Shown here: piece by piece, positions 16,335 to 26,255 of the stretch | How positions within the stretch are numbered: the first letter of the stretch is position 1 | Layout: each line of letters starts with the position of its first letter | Source of the DNA: an uncultured Candidatus Saccharibacteria bacterium | GTDB lineage: Bacteria; Patescibacteriota; Doudnabacteria; UBA920 | Assembly (NCBI GenBank): GCA_964532005.1 | Contig: CAZHER010000001.1 | Location: forward strand, 55,502 to 119,501 | Length of the DNA stretch: 64,000 bases | Direction: 5' to 3' | Notes under the pieces: generated by a model | Database searches by the model: none | Told to the model about the DNA's origin: nothing | Seen by the model: the letters and a program-made list of their open reading frames with translations, nothing else | Program-made: the position numbers and the translations under genes

Positions 16335-17474
16335 TTATTCTGGCTGTTCTGCTATATATCCGCCGGTCAAGGTTCCTGATTCTACCGGTTCAGTTTCTTC
16401 CGGGTTCGGTTCCACAGGCTTTTGAGTTTGCCCGGTTACGGATGGTTTTGTAGTGTTTGCGCTCTTTACTTGTCCCGAAGTTGCAGTAGCTGCAGTTGTT
16501 GCGACCTCAACTGTTTGTGCAATGAGTAAGCCGTCTTTTTTTACAGCTGACACGGAAACTTGAGCTTTCAAGGGGAGAGAACCAAGTTTAAGAATATTAT
16601 CGCCCTGCTTAATTTGTGTCTCTTCAGTGATGGAGAGATATTCTGAGCCTACTAAAATCTGGTGCTTGTTTAAACTAATATACTGGACAGTGCCTGATAC
16701 ATTAATTATCTGTTCTACCAGTTCCATCAGTTCGGGATCATTTACTGCTGTTATTAAAGTTGCCAATGTTTTTTCTTGGTCTTCGGTTGCCTGCAAGGTG
16801 CTGTCTGCTATTTCTTTTGTTGCTTCTTGTTCAGGAACGGTTTTAAGCAAATCTTTTTGTTGATTGTTAACAGCAATTAACTCTTTAAATAGAGTTGAGT
16901 CATTATTAGCGATGGCATCTGTGGCTGCTACTGAAGGCACCAGCGCAAATGTTTTTTCCGTCTGCTCCTTAAGTACATTCAGTGCTTCTGCTTGCTGGTC
17001 CGGTGTACTGTCTTTGTTCAGTACGGTAGATACTTCTTCTATGCGCTTTTGGGAATATGATAACTCCAACTTTGCTTTTTTAGTCTGATCGGTTGTTATT
17101 GCCACCCTGGTTCGTTCAGCTGCTAGTTTGAACTTGTACAAACTGTCTCCCGGCAAACTGTGCTGAGCTGCTACTACAAACTGAGTTCCACCAATAAATA
17201 AGAACACCGCGGTCATAGGAATAATGGCAATCTTGAAAATGTTTTGAAGCTTTTGCTGCCAGGGTACATGTATCGCATAAACGTATTTGTTGCGTTTTAC
17301 TGGTACAGGCACGCTGTTTTTTGGCAAAGATATTGCAGGCTGTATAGTGCTTAAAAGTTCTGAAAGTTCTTCTTTATGCTCCGGATGCATCGCTAAAACG
17401 GCTTTCAGAGTTTTACCACGTGAAAGTTCAAAAATGCTGCTATCTAATATTTCTTCAATTGATTGTTTTTCCAT
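16335..17474 (-). CDS. putative anti-sigma factor / single-pass membrane protein cotranscribed with the ECF sigma factor
   Basis: Starts 8 nt after the sigma factor stop on the same strand. One TM helix (IAIIPMTAVFLFIGGTQFVVAA) divides a cytoplasmic N-terminus from a large extracytoplasmic region. Confidence 0.5.
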   Translation of the reverse strand: MEKQSIEEILDSSIFELSRGKTLKAVLAMHPEHKEELSELLSTIQPAISLPKNSVPVPVKRNKYVYAIHVPWQQKLQNIFKIAIIPMTAVFLFIGGTQFVVAAQHSLPGDSLYKFKLAAERTRVAITTDQTKKAKLELSYSQKRIEEVSTVLNKDSTPDQQAEALNVLKEQTEKTFALVPSVAATDAIANNDSTLFKELIAVNNQQKDLLKTVPEQEATKEIADSTLQATEDQEKTLATLITAVNDPELMELVEQIINVSGTVQYISLNKHQILVGSEYLSITEETQIKQGDNILKLGSLPLKAQVSVSAVKKDGLLIAQTVEVATTAATATSGQVKSANTTKPSVTGQTQKPVEPNPEETEPVESGTLTGGYIAEQPE

Positions 17475-17481
17475 TTTAGCT

Positions 17482-18084
17482 TTATTCCTGATTTAGATTC
17501 AGAGAGTCGATTATACTTTTCAGCTTTGTTATTGCTCGATGTTGGACTACTCGTACTGCCCCTTCGGTTTTTCCTGTCATTTCGGCAATTTCAGCATTTG
17601 TAAGGTCTTCATAAAATTTTAGTCTTATAACAGTTTGCTGTTCCGCTGGTAGTTCTCGGAGAATTTTAAGAAGAATTTTTTGATCGAACTGGAGATTTAC
17701 ACTATCTACAACATTGGTTTCATACTCCAACGTATTTTCCAGATCGTCTAGAGGCAAAAGTTGTTTTTTGACCCTGTAATAATCTATAACCCTATTTCTT
17801 GCTATCTGGTAGATCCAAGATTCGAAGGATTTGGCTTTATCTAAAGAAGATAGAGAGGTAAAAGCTCTGATAAACACTTCTTCTGTTATGTCCTCGGCGA
17901 CTTCCTGATGGCTAACTCGGAAATATACAAATCTATATATTTTATCAAAATAAAGATCGTATATTTTGGCGAAAGCTGAATCTTTGCCGCTTTTTGCCTC
18001 ATTTAAGAGATTTTCCAAACGGTCTGACCCAGATCCAAAAATTGATTTTAAGCTACCGTTATTATAGACGAGATTGTTAGACAT
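17482..18084 (-). CDS. RNA polymerase sigma-70 family ECF-type sigma factor
   Basis: Region 2 (IYRFVYFRVSHQEVAEDITEEVFIRAF...WIYQIARNRVIDYYR). Region 4 HTH (LTNAEIAEMTGKTEGAVRVVQHRAITKLK). Confidence 0.8.
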   Translation of the reverse strand: MSNNLVYNNGSLKSIFGSGSDRLENLLNEAKSGKDSAFAKIYDLYFDKIYRFVYFRVSHQEVAEDITEEVFIRAFTSLSSLDKAKSFESWIYQIARNRVIDYYRVKKQLLPLDDLENTLEYETNVVDSVNLQFDQKILLKILRELPAEQQTVIRLKFYEDLTNAEIAEMTGKTEGAVRVVQHRAITKLKSIIDSLNLNQE

Positions 18085-18147
18085 ATGTTACAGGTTCAGA
18101 ATTAGCACAAAACCACCTAATGGTGGTTTTATTCTAGCACAATTCTT

Positions 18148-18241
<94 letters not shown>

Positions 18242-18293
18242 AAATACTGGTATATATTATCATAAACACATTTTCATTTCCAGGGCTATTGGT

Positions 18294-18899
18294 CTAGTCT
18301 TTGGCCAGTACAAATGCCCATATTTTGTTTACACCTTGGAGTTTGAGGATATGCGCGGCAGATTCTAGGGTTGAGCCTGTCGTTGCCACATCATCGATCA
18401 AAATAATATTTTTGGCTTTGATGGCAAGTGAAAGTTTTTGGTTTATTGCAAAACAATTTTTCATGTTTTTTGCACGATCTTTGGCAGTTAAGTCTTTTTG
18501 GGTTTTTGTATTTTTATGTCTGGTAATCAAATTTATACAAGGTATCTTTAAAAGATCACCTAAAGTTTTGGCTATTAGCGTACTTTGATTAAAGCCGCGC
18601 CAACGAATCCTTCGTTTGTGTAAAGGTATGGGGCACAAAATGAAATCTTTCATTATGTTTTTGAAACGGTCATCCATAGCATTGAAGGAAATATTACTTA
18701 GACTAGCAAAAATTTCAGGCATAAACAGATACTTTCCCGTAATTATCAAATTATTTATGGGTTCTTTATATTCAAAAATGTAAATTAGAGCTTCAATATT
18801 TGGTGTGAATGGACTAGTCATGGAGCCAGACGTCGTAAGTTTAGCAACTTTGCTTAATCCAATCGTACATTTAGGGCACAAAAAACTCCCTTCCTTCAT
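18294..18899 (-). CDS. comFC: ComF-family (ComFC-like) phosphoribosyltransferase-domain protein
   Basis: N-terminal Cys pairs (CPKCTIG...). C-terminal PRTase motif IILIDDVATTGSTL. Confidence 0.7.
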   Translation of the reverse strand: MKEGSFLCPKCTIGLSKVAKLTTSGSMTSPFTPNIEALIYIFEYKEPINNLIITGKYLFMPEIFASLSNISFNAMDDRFKNIMKDFILCPIPLHKRRIRWRGFNQSTLIAKTLGDLLKIPCINLITRHKNTKTQKDLTAKDRAKNMKNCFAINQKLSLAIKAKNIILIDDVATTGSTLESAAHILKLQGVNKIWAFVLAKD

Positions 18900-18982
18900 G
18901 CATTGAATACATTTGAGAGGGAAGAGAGCTTTTAGAACCTGACTAAGTAATTTTTTAACTGTTGAAATCAGATGCTTCCTTT

Positions 18983-21541
18983 TTATGCCGGCACAGGGAT
19001 TTTATTCTTTTTAATTTGCACGTTAATAGCCAGTTCATGCTTTTTTACTTCTACGGTCACAACAGCGCCCTGTCTGAGATTTTGTGAAATTATCATTTCT
19101 GCTAACGGATCGCTGATAAGGTCTTGAATGTTCTTACGAATAAACCTTGCTCCTTGCGCCTTGTCAAAACTTCTTTCAGCTATAAATTTGGATACTGCTG
19201 AACTCGTTTTTAATTCAACATTTTGAGGTTGTAACCGTTTTGCTAGATCTGAGATCTGCATACTGGCTATTTTTTTGAGCTGAGCAAAACCAAGAGGTTG
19301 GAATACAAGAACTTTGTCTATACGGTTAAGCAGTTCTGGTCGTAGCTCTTTTTTTAGGCTCTCCATGACACTTCCTTTAATTGTTTCGTATTCTTTTTCA
19401 AGCTTTAACTTTTCCGGTACTTGTTCATTTTGATCGGCAAAACCAATTTTTGCAGCTTGAAGTGTCAGTTCGCGCATTCCAATGTTTGAAGTCATGATAA
19501 TTACAGTGTTGGCGAAATTTACTCGCTTTCCGCCTGCATCGGTAAGTTGTCCGTCTTCCAGTATTTGTAATAGGATATTGAACACATCGGGATGTGCTTT
19601 TTCAATTTCGTCAAAAAGAATTACTGCATAAGGCCTTCGGCGTACTGCTTCGGTTAGTCTTCCGCCTTCTTCATACCCCACGTAACCAGCAGGGGCGCCG
19701 ATTAACCTTGCAACATTATGGCGTTCCATAAATTCAGACATATCAACTCGAATTAAAGCTTCAGGATCTCCAAATACTTCCTGTGCAATTACTTTGGCTG
19801 TTTCTGTTTTTCCAACACCGGTAGGACCCAAAAATACAAATGATCCTATAGGACGGTGTGGGTCGGTAATGCCGGCTCTGCTCCGTCTTATGGTTTTGGC
19901 AATTTCTATAATTGCTTCGTCTTGACCTACAATGCGAGATTTTAGCGTTTTTTCAAGATTGACTAGTTTTCCAATCTCGTTGTGAGAAAGCCTTTGCAGT
20001 GGAATTTTTGTCATAAGAGAAACAGTGTTGGCTATATCTTCTGCAGAAATGGATTGGGTTGGTTTGAATTCCTGTTCCGATTCGCTTTTTTCAATTTCGG
20101 CTTTCTGTTTTAACAATTTTTCCTCTTGGGTTCGTAAGTGAAGCGCAGTGTTAAAATCTTGAGCCAAAACCGCCTTGGTTTTCTCTTCTTCCAGAGCTTT
20201 GAGATCGTGTTCAATCTTCTTTTTGTTGCGCAGCGCTTTTGATATCCCTTGGCTACTGCGGAGGAAAGCCGCAGTTTCGTCTACTAGATCAACAGCTTTA
20301 TCAGGCAGGAAGTGGTCTTGAATGTACCTGCTTGAAAGTTCAACAGCCGCCAAAATTGCTTCGTCGGAAATGGAGATGTTATGATGTCGTTCGTAATTGG
20401 GCCGCAAGCCTTTTAGAATTTCTACCGATTCTTCTTTGCTCGGCTCTTCAACTAGTATTGGCTGGAATCGGCGTTCTAATGCAGCATCGTGTTCAATATG
20501 TTTTTTGTATTCTGCCAGCGTAGTTGCACCGATTGCTCTAAGCTCGCCGCGAGCTAAAGCTGGCTTTAAAATATTGGCCGCATCCAAGCTCCCTGTTGTT
20601 GCGCCGGCGCCCACCATGGTATGAAGCTCGTCGATAAACAAGATGATGTCCGGATTTGCTTTAACTTCGTCTATGATTTGTTTCAACCTGTTTTCAAATT
20701 CCCCCCTGAACATTGAACCTGCGACAATAAGAGCAAGATCTAGATCAAGAATTTTTTTGTCTAACAAACTGTCGGGAACTTCTCTTTTACTAATGGCTAA
20801 GGCCAGTCCTTCTACTATGGCAGTTTTTCCAACACCTGCTTCGCCAATTAATACCGGATTGTTTTTAGTGCGTCTGCCCAGAATGCTAATTAGGCGTTCA
20901 ATTTCTTTTTTTCGGCCTATGACCGGGTCCACTTGTCCTTGTGCAGCCTTTTTTGTTAAGTCGGTAGTGAAGTATTCCAGCATGTTACCCTTTTTCATAT
21001 CTATGTTTTGAGGCATTCCTTGTTGTTGTCCCTGAGAGCCTGCTGGATGGTTGTGTCCAGGTTCGTTTGGAGAAATTTCAGGGAATTTTGAAATATTCTC
21101 AAACACTGCTAGCAGATTTTGCTCCAATTCCGCAGTATCAATTCCTAATTTAGAAAGAATAACTTTTGCTTTATTGTTTTGTGCAGTTATGAGGCCATAT
21201 AAGAAATGTTCGGTTCCGATAAACTGATAACCATATTGACTTGCAATAATAGCAGATTTTTCTATTGCCAATTTAAGATTTTCTGACAAAATTGGTTTCC
21301 AAGTCGCTGTATGGTTATTGTAATCAATTATTTCTATTTCTTGTCGTACTATTGCCGGAGAAATTTTTGCCTTTATTAAAATTTCTGCTGCAAATGAACT
21401 TTTTTCAGCGATAACTCCATACAAAAGATGTTCCGTTCCAATGTGATCGTGTTGAAGCTCTTCTGATATTAACTGCGCTGAAATAAGCGCATTTTTTGCT
21501 CTGCTTGATAAACGTTCAAGAATAAATGTAAAGTTGTTCAT
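18983..21541 (-). CDS. clpC: Clp/Hsp100 family ATPase with two AAA+ modules and N-terminal Clp_N repeats (ClpC/ClpB-like)
   Basis: Walker [11 protein letters not shown] and [12 protein letters not shown]. Clp N-domain repeats. Short middle domain. 852 aa. Confidence 0.85.
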   Translation of the reverse strand: MNNFTFILERLSSRAKNALISAQLISEELQHDHIGTEHLLYGVIAEKSSFAAEILIKAKISPAIVRQEIEIIDYNNHTATWKPILSENLKLAIEKSAIIASQYGYQFIGTEHFLYGLITAQNNKAKVILSKLGIDTAELEQNLLAVFENISKFPEISPNEPGHNHPAGSQGQQQGMPQNIDMKKGNMLEYFTTDLTKKAAQGQVDPVIGRKKEIERLISILGRRTKNNPVLIGEAGVGKTAIVEGLALAISKREVPDSLLDKKILDLDLALIVAGSMFRGEFENRLKQIIDEVKANPDIILFIDELHTMVGAGATTGSLDAANILKPALARGELRAIGATTLAEYKKHIEHDAALERRFQPILVEEPSKEESVEILKGLRPNYERHHNISISDEAILAAVELSSRYIQDHFLPDKAVDLVDETAAFLRSSQGISKALRNKKKIEHDLKALEEEKTKAVLAQDFNTALHLRTQEEKLLKQKAEIEKSESEQEFKPTQSISAEDIANTVSLMTKIPLQRLSHNEIGKLVNLEKTLKSRIVGQDEAIIEIAKTIRRSRAGITDPHRPIGSFVFLGPTGVGKTETAKVIAQEVFGDPEALIRVDMSEFMERHNVARLIGAPAGYVGYEEGGRLTEAVRRRPYAVILFDEIEKAHPDVFNILLQILEDGQLTDAGGKRVNFANTVIIMTSNIGMRELTLQAAKIGFADQNEQVPEKLKLEKEYETIKGSVMESLKKELRPELLNRIDKVLVFQPLGFAQLKKIASMQISDLAKRLQPQNVELKTSSAVSKFIAERSFDKAQGARFIRKNIQDLISDPLAEMIISQNLRQGAVVTVEVKKHELAINVQIKKNKIPVPA

Positions 21542-21653
21542 AAAGTAATTTTGGGCAAATTGTGATGCCTAATATACGTTATTATAACATATTTGTCAAG
21601 ACAAGTCTTATTGTTTGATATACTACTTCTGTAATTATAAACGGATACAGTTC

Positions 21654-22148
21654 ATGATTAGTTCCAGAAAACCTAAAAAAAATTTAAAAGAACCAGATTC
21701 ATTAGATCATGGATATGACTATGCCATTTTTTTGCTGGGGCTTCGTATGAGAACTCAGGGCGAGATCGAGTTTAAAATGAGAGAACGAGGGTATTCGCCG
21801 AAAGTAATTGTCAATGTGACAGAACGTCTCCTAGAAAATAAATACATAGACGACGAAGAGTATCTTGAAGTTTATCTGAACAACTTTAAAAATTATGGTA
21901 CATACGGATTGTACATGATAAAAAAGAAATGTATTGAACGCAGGTTGCCTAAAGATTTAGTGGACAAAAAATTGACCCAACTTTTAACTGAAGAAGATGA
22001 GATGATTATTGCCAAACGCTATGCTGAAAAGACACTGGGTACCAGTACAGGAATAAAAAAATTGCCTTATGAACAAAGGCAAAAATTTTTAAGAAAACTT
22101 CTTACTAGAGGTATAAGAATAAGTGTTGGCAAAAAGCTTGCTGGTTAG
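21654..22148 (+). CDS. recX: RecX family regulatory protein
   Basis: Three-helical-repeat RecX signature (YAIFLLGLRMRTQGEIEFKMRERGYSPKVI...). The start was moved to the internal ATG at 21654; the track ORF begins at 21615. Confidence 0.65.
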   Translation: MISSRKPKKNLKEPDSLDHGYDYAIFLLGLRMRTQGEIEFKMRERGYSPKVIVNVTERLLENKYIDDEEYLEVYLNNFKNYGTYGLYMIKKKCIERRLPKDLVDKKLTQLLTEEDEMIIAKRYAEKTLGTSTGIKKLPYEQRQKFLRKLLTRGIRISVGKKLAG

Positions 22149-23045
22149 TTATGTTCCCATCTGGCGAAGCCTTTTAACACGCTCTTCGATAGGTGGATGG
22201 GTATTGAACAAGTTGGCTAACCAAGATATCTTTCCATCCCTGCCCTTTAAGGGGTTAACAATATAGAGATGGGCTGTTGCTTTATTCGCTGCCTCTAAAG
22301 GCTCTTTGTCAGAACTAATCTTTTCCAAGGCAGAAGCTAAAGCCTCTGGGTATCGGGTAAGCAGTGCTCCCGACGCATCTGCTAAAAACTCCCTTTTCCT
22401 ACTTACTGCTAATTTGATTAGAGTTGCCACTATTGGTGAAAGAATTGCCAGGATAATCCCAATAAGCAGAAAAATTTGATTACCTTTTCCATTGTCGCTA
22501 TCCTTATCGCCCCAAATTGAGATTCGAACAAACCAATCGGCAATGAGAGTGACAATTCCGACAAGTACAACGACCAGGGTCATGAAACGGATATCATAGT
22601 TGCCAATATGTGATAGTTCGTGGGCTGTAACTGCTTCCAGCTCGGATTTATTAAGTTTTTCTAAAATCCCGGTTGTGTAACATATAACAGCATGCTTCGG
22701 GTCACGGCCAGTAGCAAAAGCGTTTGGGGCGCTGTCATTTATTATATAAATCTTAGGCATGGGTAATCCAGCAGTTATTGCCAGGTTTTCTACTGTTCTG
22801 TAGAGTTCTTGATTTGTCTGGCTGGTTACAGGGTGTGCCTTAGAAATTGCCAGGGTTATGGAATCAGAAAAATAATATGAGAAAAGTGATGAAATACTGC
22901 TGAACAGAACTGCAACAACAAGCAGCGCCGGTTCATTGTAGGCAACAGAAAATATCCAGCCTAATCCAATTATAAAAATTAGGAAAACGAAAATGAGCAA
23001 TGCAGAATATGCTCTATTTTTTGATATTTCAGTGTAAGTGAGCAT
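22149..23045 (-). CDS. htpX: HtpX-like M48 zinc metalloprotease
   Basis: HELSHI zinc-binding motif. Four TM helices. Typical HtpX length. Confidence 0.85.
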   Translation of the reverse strand: MLTYTEISKNRAYSALLIFVFLIFIIGLGWIFSVAYNEPALLVVAVLFSSISSLFSYYFSDSITLAISKAHPVTSQTNQELYRTVENLAITAGLPMPKIYIINDSAPNAFATGRDPKHAVICYTTGILEKLNKSELEAVTAHELSHIGNYDIRFMTLVVVLVGIVTLIADWFVRISIWGDKDSDNGKGNQIFLLIGIILAILSPIVATLIKLAVSRKREFLADASGALLTRYPEALASALEKISSDKEPLEAANKATAHLYIVNPLKGRDGKISWLANLFNTHPPIEERVKRLRQMGT

Positions 23046-23048
23046 TAG

Positions 23049-23597
23049 TTAGAACTTGACTTCAACAGGCTTGCTTTCAGCACCATTGTCATCGATGTCA
23101 AAAAATTGCCGTGCAGTAAATCCCAGCATCTTGGCAAACAAGTTGGTTGGAAAAACTTGGACTTTGGTGTTGAAATCTCTGACATTACCATTGTAGAAAC
23201 GGCGAGCAGCCTGAATTTTGTCTTCAGTATCGGTCAGATCTGACTGAAGCTGCATGAAATTTTGGTTGGATTTAAGATCTGGATAGTTTTCCGCCACCGC
23301 AAACAAACTTTTTAAAGTTCCAGAAAGAATGTTTTCGTCTTTCAGTTTTTCATCCATATTTTGTGCTCCCATGGCTTGGGTTCGGGCTTCGGTAACTTTT
23401 TGTAGCACACCAGATTCCTGGGCAGCATAACCCTTTACGGTATTTACCAAGTTAGGAATTAGATCATAACGACGCTTTAATTGCACTTCAATGTCGCTCC
23501 ATGCTTCGTCTACGCGATTACGGGAAGACACTAAAGAATTATAGATGAACACCAGTATGGCAATAATGGCCACTATTACTATTATTGGTATTAACAT
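23049..23597 (-). CDS. lemA: LemA family protein
   Basis: N-terminal TM helix followed by the conserved LemA region (NRVDEAWSDIEVQLKRRYDLIPNLVNTV). Confidence 0.8.
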   Translation of the reverse strand: MLIPIIVIVAIIAILVFIYNSLVSSRNRVDEAWSDIEVQLKRRYDLIPNLVNTVKGYAAQESGVLQKVTEARTQAMGAQNMDEKLKDENILSGTLKSLFAVAENYPDLKSNQNFMQLQSDLTDTEDKIQAARRFYNGNVRDFNTKVQVFPTNLFAKMLGFTARQFFDIDDNGAESKPVEVKF

Positions 23598-23671
23598 TGT
23601 GTTTAATTAATTTTAATGACTAAGCCAGTAAATCTAGTATATCATGTTAGGGAAAAGATATAAAAATTTGT

Positions 23672-23700
23672 TTGACAAACATCTCCCCTGTAAGTATAAT
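23672..23700 (+). promoter_or_regulatory. consensus sigma70 promoter (TTGACA-17 nt-TATAAT)
   Basis: Exact TTGACA at 23672-23677, a 17-nt spacer and exact TATAAT at 23695-23700 on the + strand. No ORF with an RBS follows for ~250 nt. Confidence 0.6.
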
Positions 23701-23706
23701 ATCTTT

Positions 23707-23879
23707 AATATGTTCAATTTTGCTATTCAAGCCATTTCTATCCGTCCAATTTTGACCAAGAATATTGGTCTCCTTGCAGATGGCCTAAGAGTAGCAAAAA
23801 TTACTACATAGAACATAAATCTTCTATATAAACGTAAAACCGCTACTAGGGCCAAGCCACAGCAGCGGTTTTTCTTTTG
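23707..23879 (+). ncRNA. candidate small RNA transcription unit (consensus promoter to intrinsic terminator, ~170 nt), identity unknown
   Basis: Bounded by the consensus promoter at 23672-23700 and the hairpin ccgctact/agcagcgg plus T-run at 23840-23879. The only internal ORF (33 codons) lacks an RBS. Confidence 0.35.
23840..23879 (+). terminator. rho-independent terminator-like hairpin with T-run
   Basis: ccgctact..(13-nt loop)..agcagcgg forms an 8-bp stem with one mismatch, followed by tttttctttt. Confidence 0.5.
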
Positions 23880-23955
23880 TAAGGAAGAAATTCTGAGCAA
23901 ACCGGCTATTTATAGCCAAAAAGAACAAGGGGGAATACTAACATAAGGAGACGTT

Positions 23956-24132
23956 ATGGACGGACATCATTGGTTAGAAAAGTTTCCGGGCAGCAGAAGC
24001 GCGGAATCCAAGAACAGTGAGCCCGAAGCTGTGGAAGAAACTCCGGCAGCTGAGGAAAACAAGGTGGAAAGCACGGTTCCGCAACACCGTTCTTTCTTTG
24101 GCGACCCTGACACAAATTGGGGCATGGAATAA
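23956..24132 (+). CDS. small acidic hypothetical protein (58 aa) in a GC-rich island
   Basis: AAGGAG RBS 5 nt upstream of the ATG. The ORF is missing from the supplied track (below the length cutoff). Local GC is clearly above background. Confidence 0.35.
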   Translation: MDGHHWLEKFPGSRSAESKNSEPEAVEETPAAEENKVESTVPQHRSFFGDPDTNWGME

Positions 24133-24165
24133 CAACTTCGGTTGAATAAAGAGGAGAGAGATTGT

Positions 24166-24405
24166 ATGGATGAAAAATTGCCGCTTGGATTTGTGGTCCA
24201 CAAAAGCCACAAAACCTTCTACGACACACCATCAGGTGCAAGAGGTTATAATCAACCTCGGCTTCGATGCAGGTGTTGTCGAAAAACCGGGCTCGGATTA
24301 AAATTTGCTTGCAAAAAAGCAACAGAGATCCAGCCTGTCCAGCCGCCGAGCAGCCAGCTCAATGAAACCGCCGAAAATGCCACAGCGATCGCCGTGGCAT
24401 TATAA
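24166..24405 (+). CDS. small Cys-rich hypothetical protein (79 aa; CRCCRKTGLGLKFACKK) in a GC-rich island
   Basis: GAGGAG RBS 7-9 nt upstream of the ATG at 24166. The track lists the longer TTG-initiated form (24142..24405). A terminator follows. Confidence 0.4.
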   Translation: MDEKLPLGFVVHKSHKTFYDTPSGARGYNQPRLRCRCCRKTGLGLKFACKKATEIQPVQPPSSQLNETAENATAIAVAL

Positions 24406-24425
24406 GCTCCCTAAATAACTACATT

Positions 24426-24474
24426 AGCGCAACAAGTTTACTCCCACGTAATACTTTTGCGCTTTTTTTTTTTT
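24426..24474 (+). terminator. rho-independent terminator (7-bp stem agcgcaa/ttgcgct, long loop, T11)
   Basis: The stem is followed by a run of 11 T residues just upstream of gatC. Confidence 0.5.
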
Positions 24475-24499
24475 GCTTTTATTTATATATAATTAGTTC

Positions 24500-24781
24500 A
24501 TGTTAACTGATGAAGAGGTATTAAAAATAGCAGATCTAGCACGTATCGAATTACAGCCGGAAGAAGTAGAAAAGTTCAAAGCCGGACTTTCTACGGTTTT
24601 AGATTATGTTGCCGATTTGCAAAAAGTAGATACTGAACATTTGGAAATTGTAAGTTCGGTTACCGGGTTGGAAAATATTCAACGGGAGGATGCTCCGATA
24701 GTAGCCGAAAACAGGGGTCAAATTTTGTCCGGGGCCCCAGAAACCAAAGATGGGCTGTATAAAGTTAAATCAATTTTGTAA
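24500..24781 (+). CDS. gatC: Asp-tRNA(Asn)/Glu-tRNA(Gln) amidotransferase subunit C
   Basis: 93 aa with GatC-like sequence, immediately upstream of gatA and gatB. Confidence 0.85.
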   Translation: MLTDEEVLKIADLARIELQPEEVEKFKAGLSTVLDYVADLQKVDTEHLEIVSSVTGLENIQREDAPIVAENRGQILSGAPETKDGLYKVKSIL

Positions 24782-24783
24782 CT

Positions 24784-26253
24784 ATGGAGCGATTAAGCCT
24801 TTCGGAATTTAGGAAGAATTTGGATGCCAAAGAAGTTTCGTCAAAAGAATTGGCGGAATATTTTTTAGGGCAGGTTAAAAATCAAAATCCAGAGTTAAAC
24901 GCATTTATTACAATTACCGAAGAACAAGCACTGGCACAAGCAAAGGAGGCGGATGAGTACATGTCTTCGGGGGGATCTAATCCTGCATTATGCGGAATAC
25001 CATACGCTGTAAAAGATCTTTTTTGCACAGCCGGAGTACGTTCTACTGCTGCTTCTAAAATTTTGGACCAGTATCTTCCTCCCTATGACAGTACCGCTGT
25101 GGTAAAAGCCAAAGAGCAGAAAGCAGTAATGTTAGGAAAAACTAACTTAGATGAATTTGCACATGGTTCTTCTGGCGAAACTTCTGCGTACGGACCGACG
25201 AAAAATCCATGGGACAAAACTAGAATGCCTGGAGGGTCTTCCAGCGGTTCGGCAAGTGCAGTGGCGGGGGGTTTAGTCCCATGGGCATTAGCAACGGAGA
25301 CGGGCGGTAGTATCAGACAGCCCGCATCGCTTACTGGTGTTTCTGGGTGGAAACCAACATATGGCAGAGTGAGTCGCTATGGTGTGATTGCTATGGGTTC
25401 TTCATTAGATAGTCCAGGAGCCATGGCTCGCTCTGTAGAAGACTTGGCAATTGTTGCAGAAGCTATTTCCGGAGAAGATGTCAAAGACGGGACCACAGGC
25501 AAAATATCCGTCCCTTCCTACTTTTCTAATCTTTCCGAAAATGTTAAAGGATTAAAAATAGGTATTCCAGATGAGTACTTTATAGACGGCATGGAATCGG
25601 ACGTCAAGCAGATGGTAATGGAAGGAGTCAAAGAATTGGAAAAATTGGGAGCCCACCTAGTTCCCGTAAGCTTGCCAAACACTAAATACGGCTCTTTAGT
25701 ATATGCTATTGTTTGTCCGAGCGAAGTGAGTTCGAATTTGGCAAGATATGACGGTATACGATACGGTCATGTCAGTGCCGAAGCCAAGGATTTACTGGAA
25801 ATATATATGAAAAGCAGAGCAGAAGGTTTTGGAGATGAGGCAAAACGCAGAATCATGACAGGTACTTATGTTTTGTCAGCTGGGTACTACGATGCATATT
25901 ACAAAAAAGCTCAAAAAGTGCGCCGTTTGATACTAAATGAATTCGAGGAAGTTTTCAAAAAAGTGGATGTGCTGGCAGCCCCATCTAGCCCCAACGTAGC
26001 TCTGCAGCTGGGAACAGCAGCCAATGACCCATTGTTTGGTTATATTGCCGATCAATTAAATATTCCGTCCTCGCTCGCTGGGCTTCCAGGAGTTTCCATG
26101 CCATGTGGTTTTGGTAAGCCGGCGGATGGCGCCGATGTGTTTTTACCGGTTGGATTGCAAATTATGGGCAAGCAGTGGGATGAACAGAAAGTTTTCAATG
26201 TTGGTTACGCGTTTCAAAAAGTAACAGACTGGCATCTTAAGTTTGCACAATAA
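24784..26253 (+). CDS. gatA: Asp-tRNA(Asn)/Glu-tRNA(Gln) amidotransferase subunit A (amidase)
   Basis: Amidase signature GGSSSGSASAVA. 489 aa. Operon position. Confidence 0.9.
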   Translation: MERLSLSEFRKNLDAKEVSSKELAEYFLGQVKNQNPELNAFITITEEQALAQAKEADEYMSSGGSNPALCGIPYAVKDLFCTAGVRSTAASKILDQYLPPYDSTAVVKAKEQKAVMLGKTNLDEFAHGSSGETSAYGPTKNPWDKTRMPGGSSSGSASAVAGGLVPWALATETGGSIRQPASLTGVSGWKPTYGRVSRYGVIAMGSSLDSPGAMARSVEDLAIVAEAISGEDVKDGTTGKISVPSYFSNLSENVKGLKIGIPDEYFIDGMESDVKQMVMEGVKELEKLGAHLVPVSLPNTKYGSLVYAIVCPSEVSSNLARYDGIRYGHVSAEAKDLLEIYMKSRAEGFGDEAKRRIMTGTYVLSAGYYDAYYKKAQKVRRLILNEFEEVFKKVDVLAAPSSPNVALQLGTAANDPLFGYIADQLNIPSSLAGLPGVSMPCGFGKPADGADVFLPVGLQIMGKQWDEQKVFNVGYAFQKVTDWHLKFAQ

Positions 26254-26255
26254 TT

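Noticed and set aside
21560-21650. Possible SOS (LexA/Cheo) box upstream of recX
   Set aside because: No CGAACnnnnGTTCG-like or other convincing palindrome. Only a short imperfect aagac/gtctt repeat.
23954-24322. Three overlapping minus-strand ORFs (122, 81, 78 aa) in the GC-rich island
   Set aside because: They overlap one another in different frames. They lack RBSs. They are explained by elevated GC reducing stop-codon frequency. The + strand ORFs have proper Shine-Dalgarno sequences.
23940-24410. Possible RNase P RNA (GAAAAGTTTCCGGGCAG and AAAACCGGGCTCGGATTA resemble CR-I/CR-V)
   Set aside because: The two segments cannot form a convincing P4 helix (CCGGGC on both strands, not complementary). 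Two RBS-led ORFs explain the region better. Left as an alternative to be tested with Infernal.
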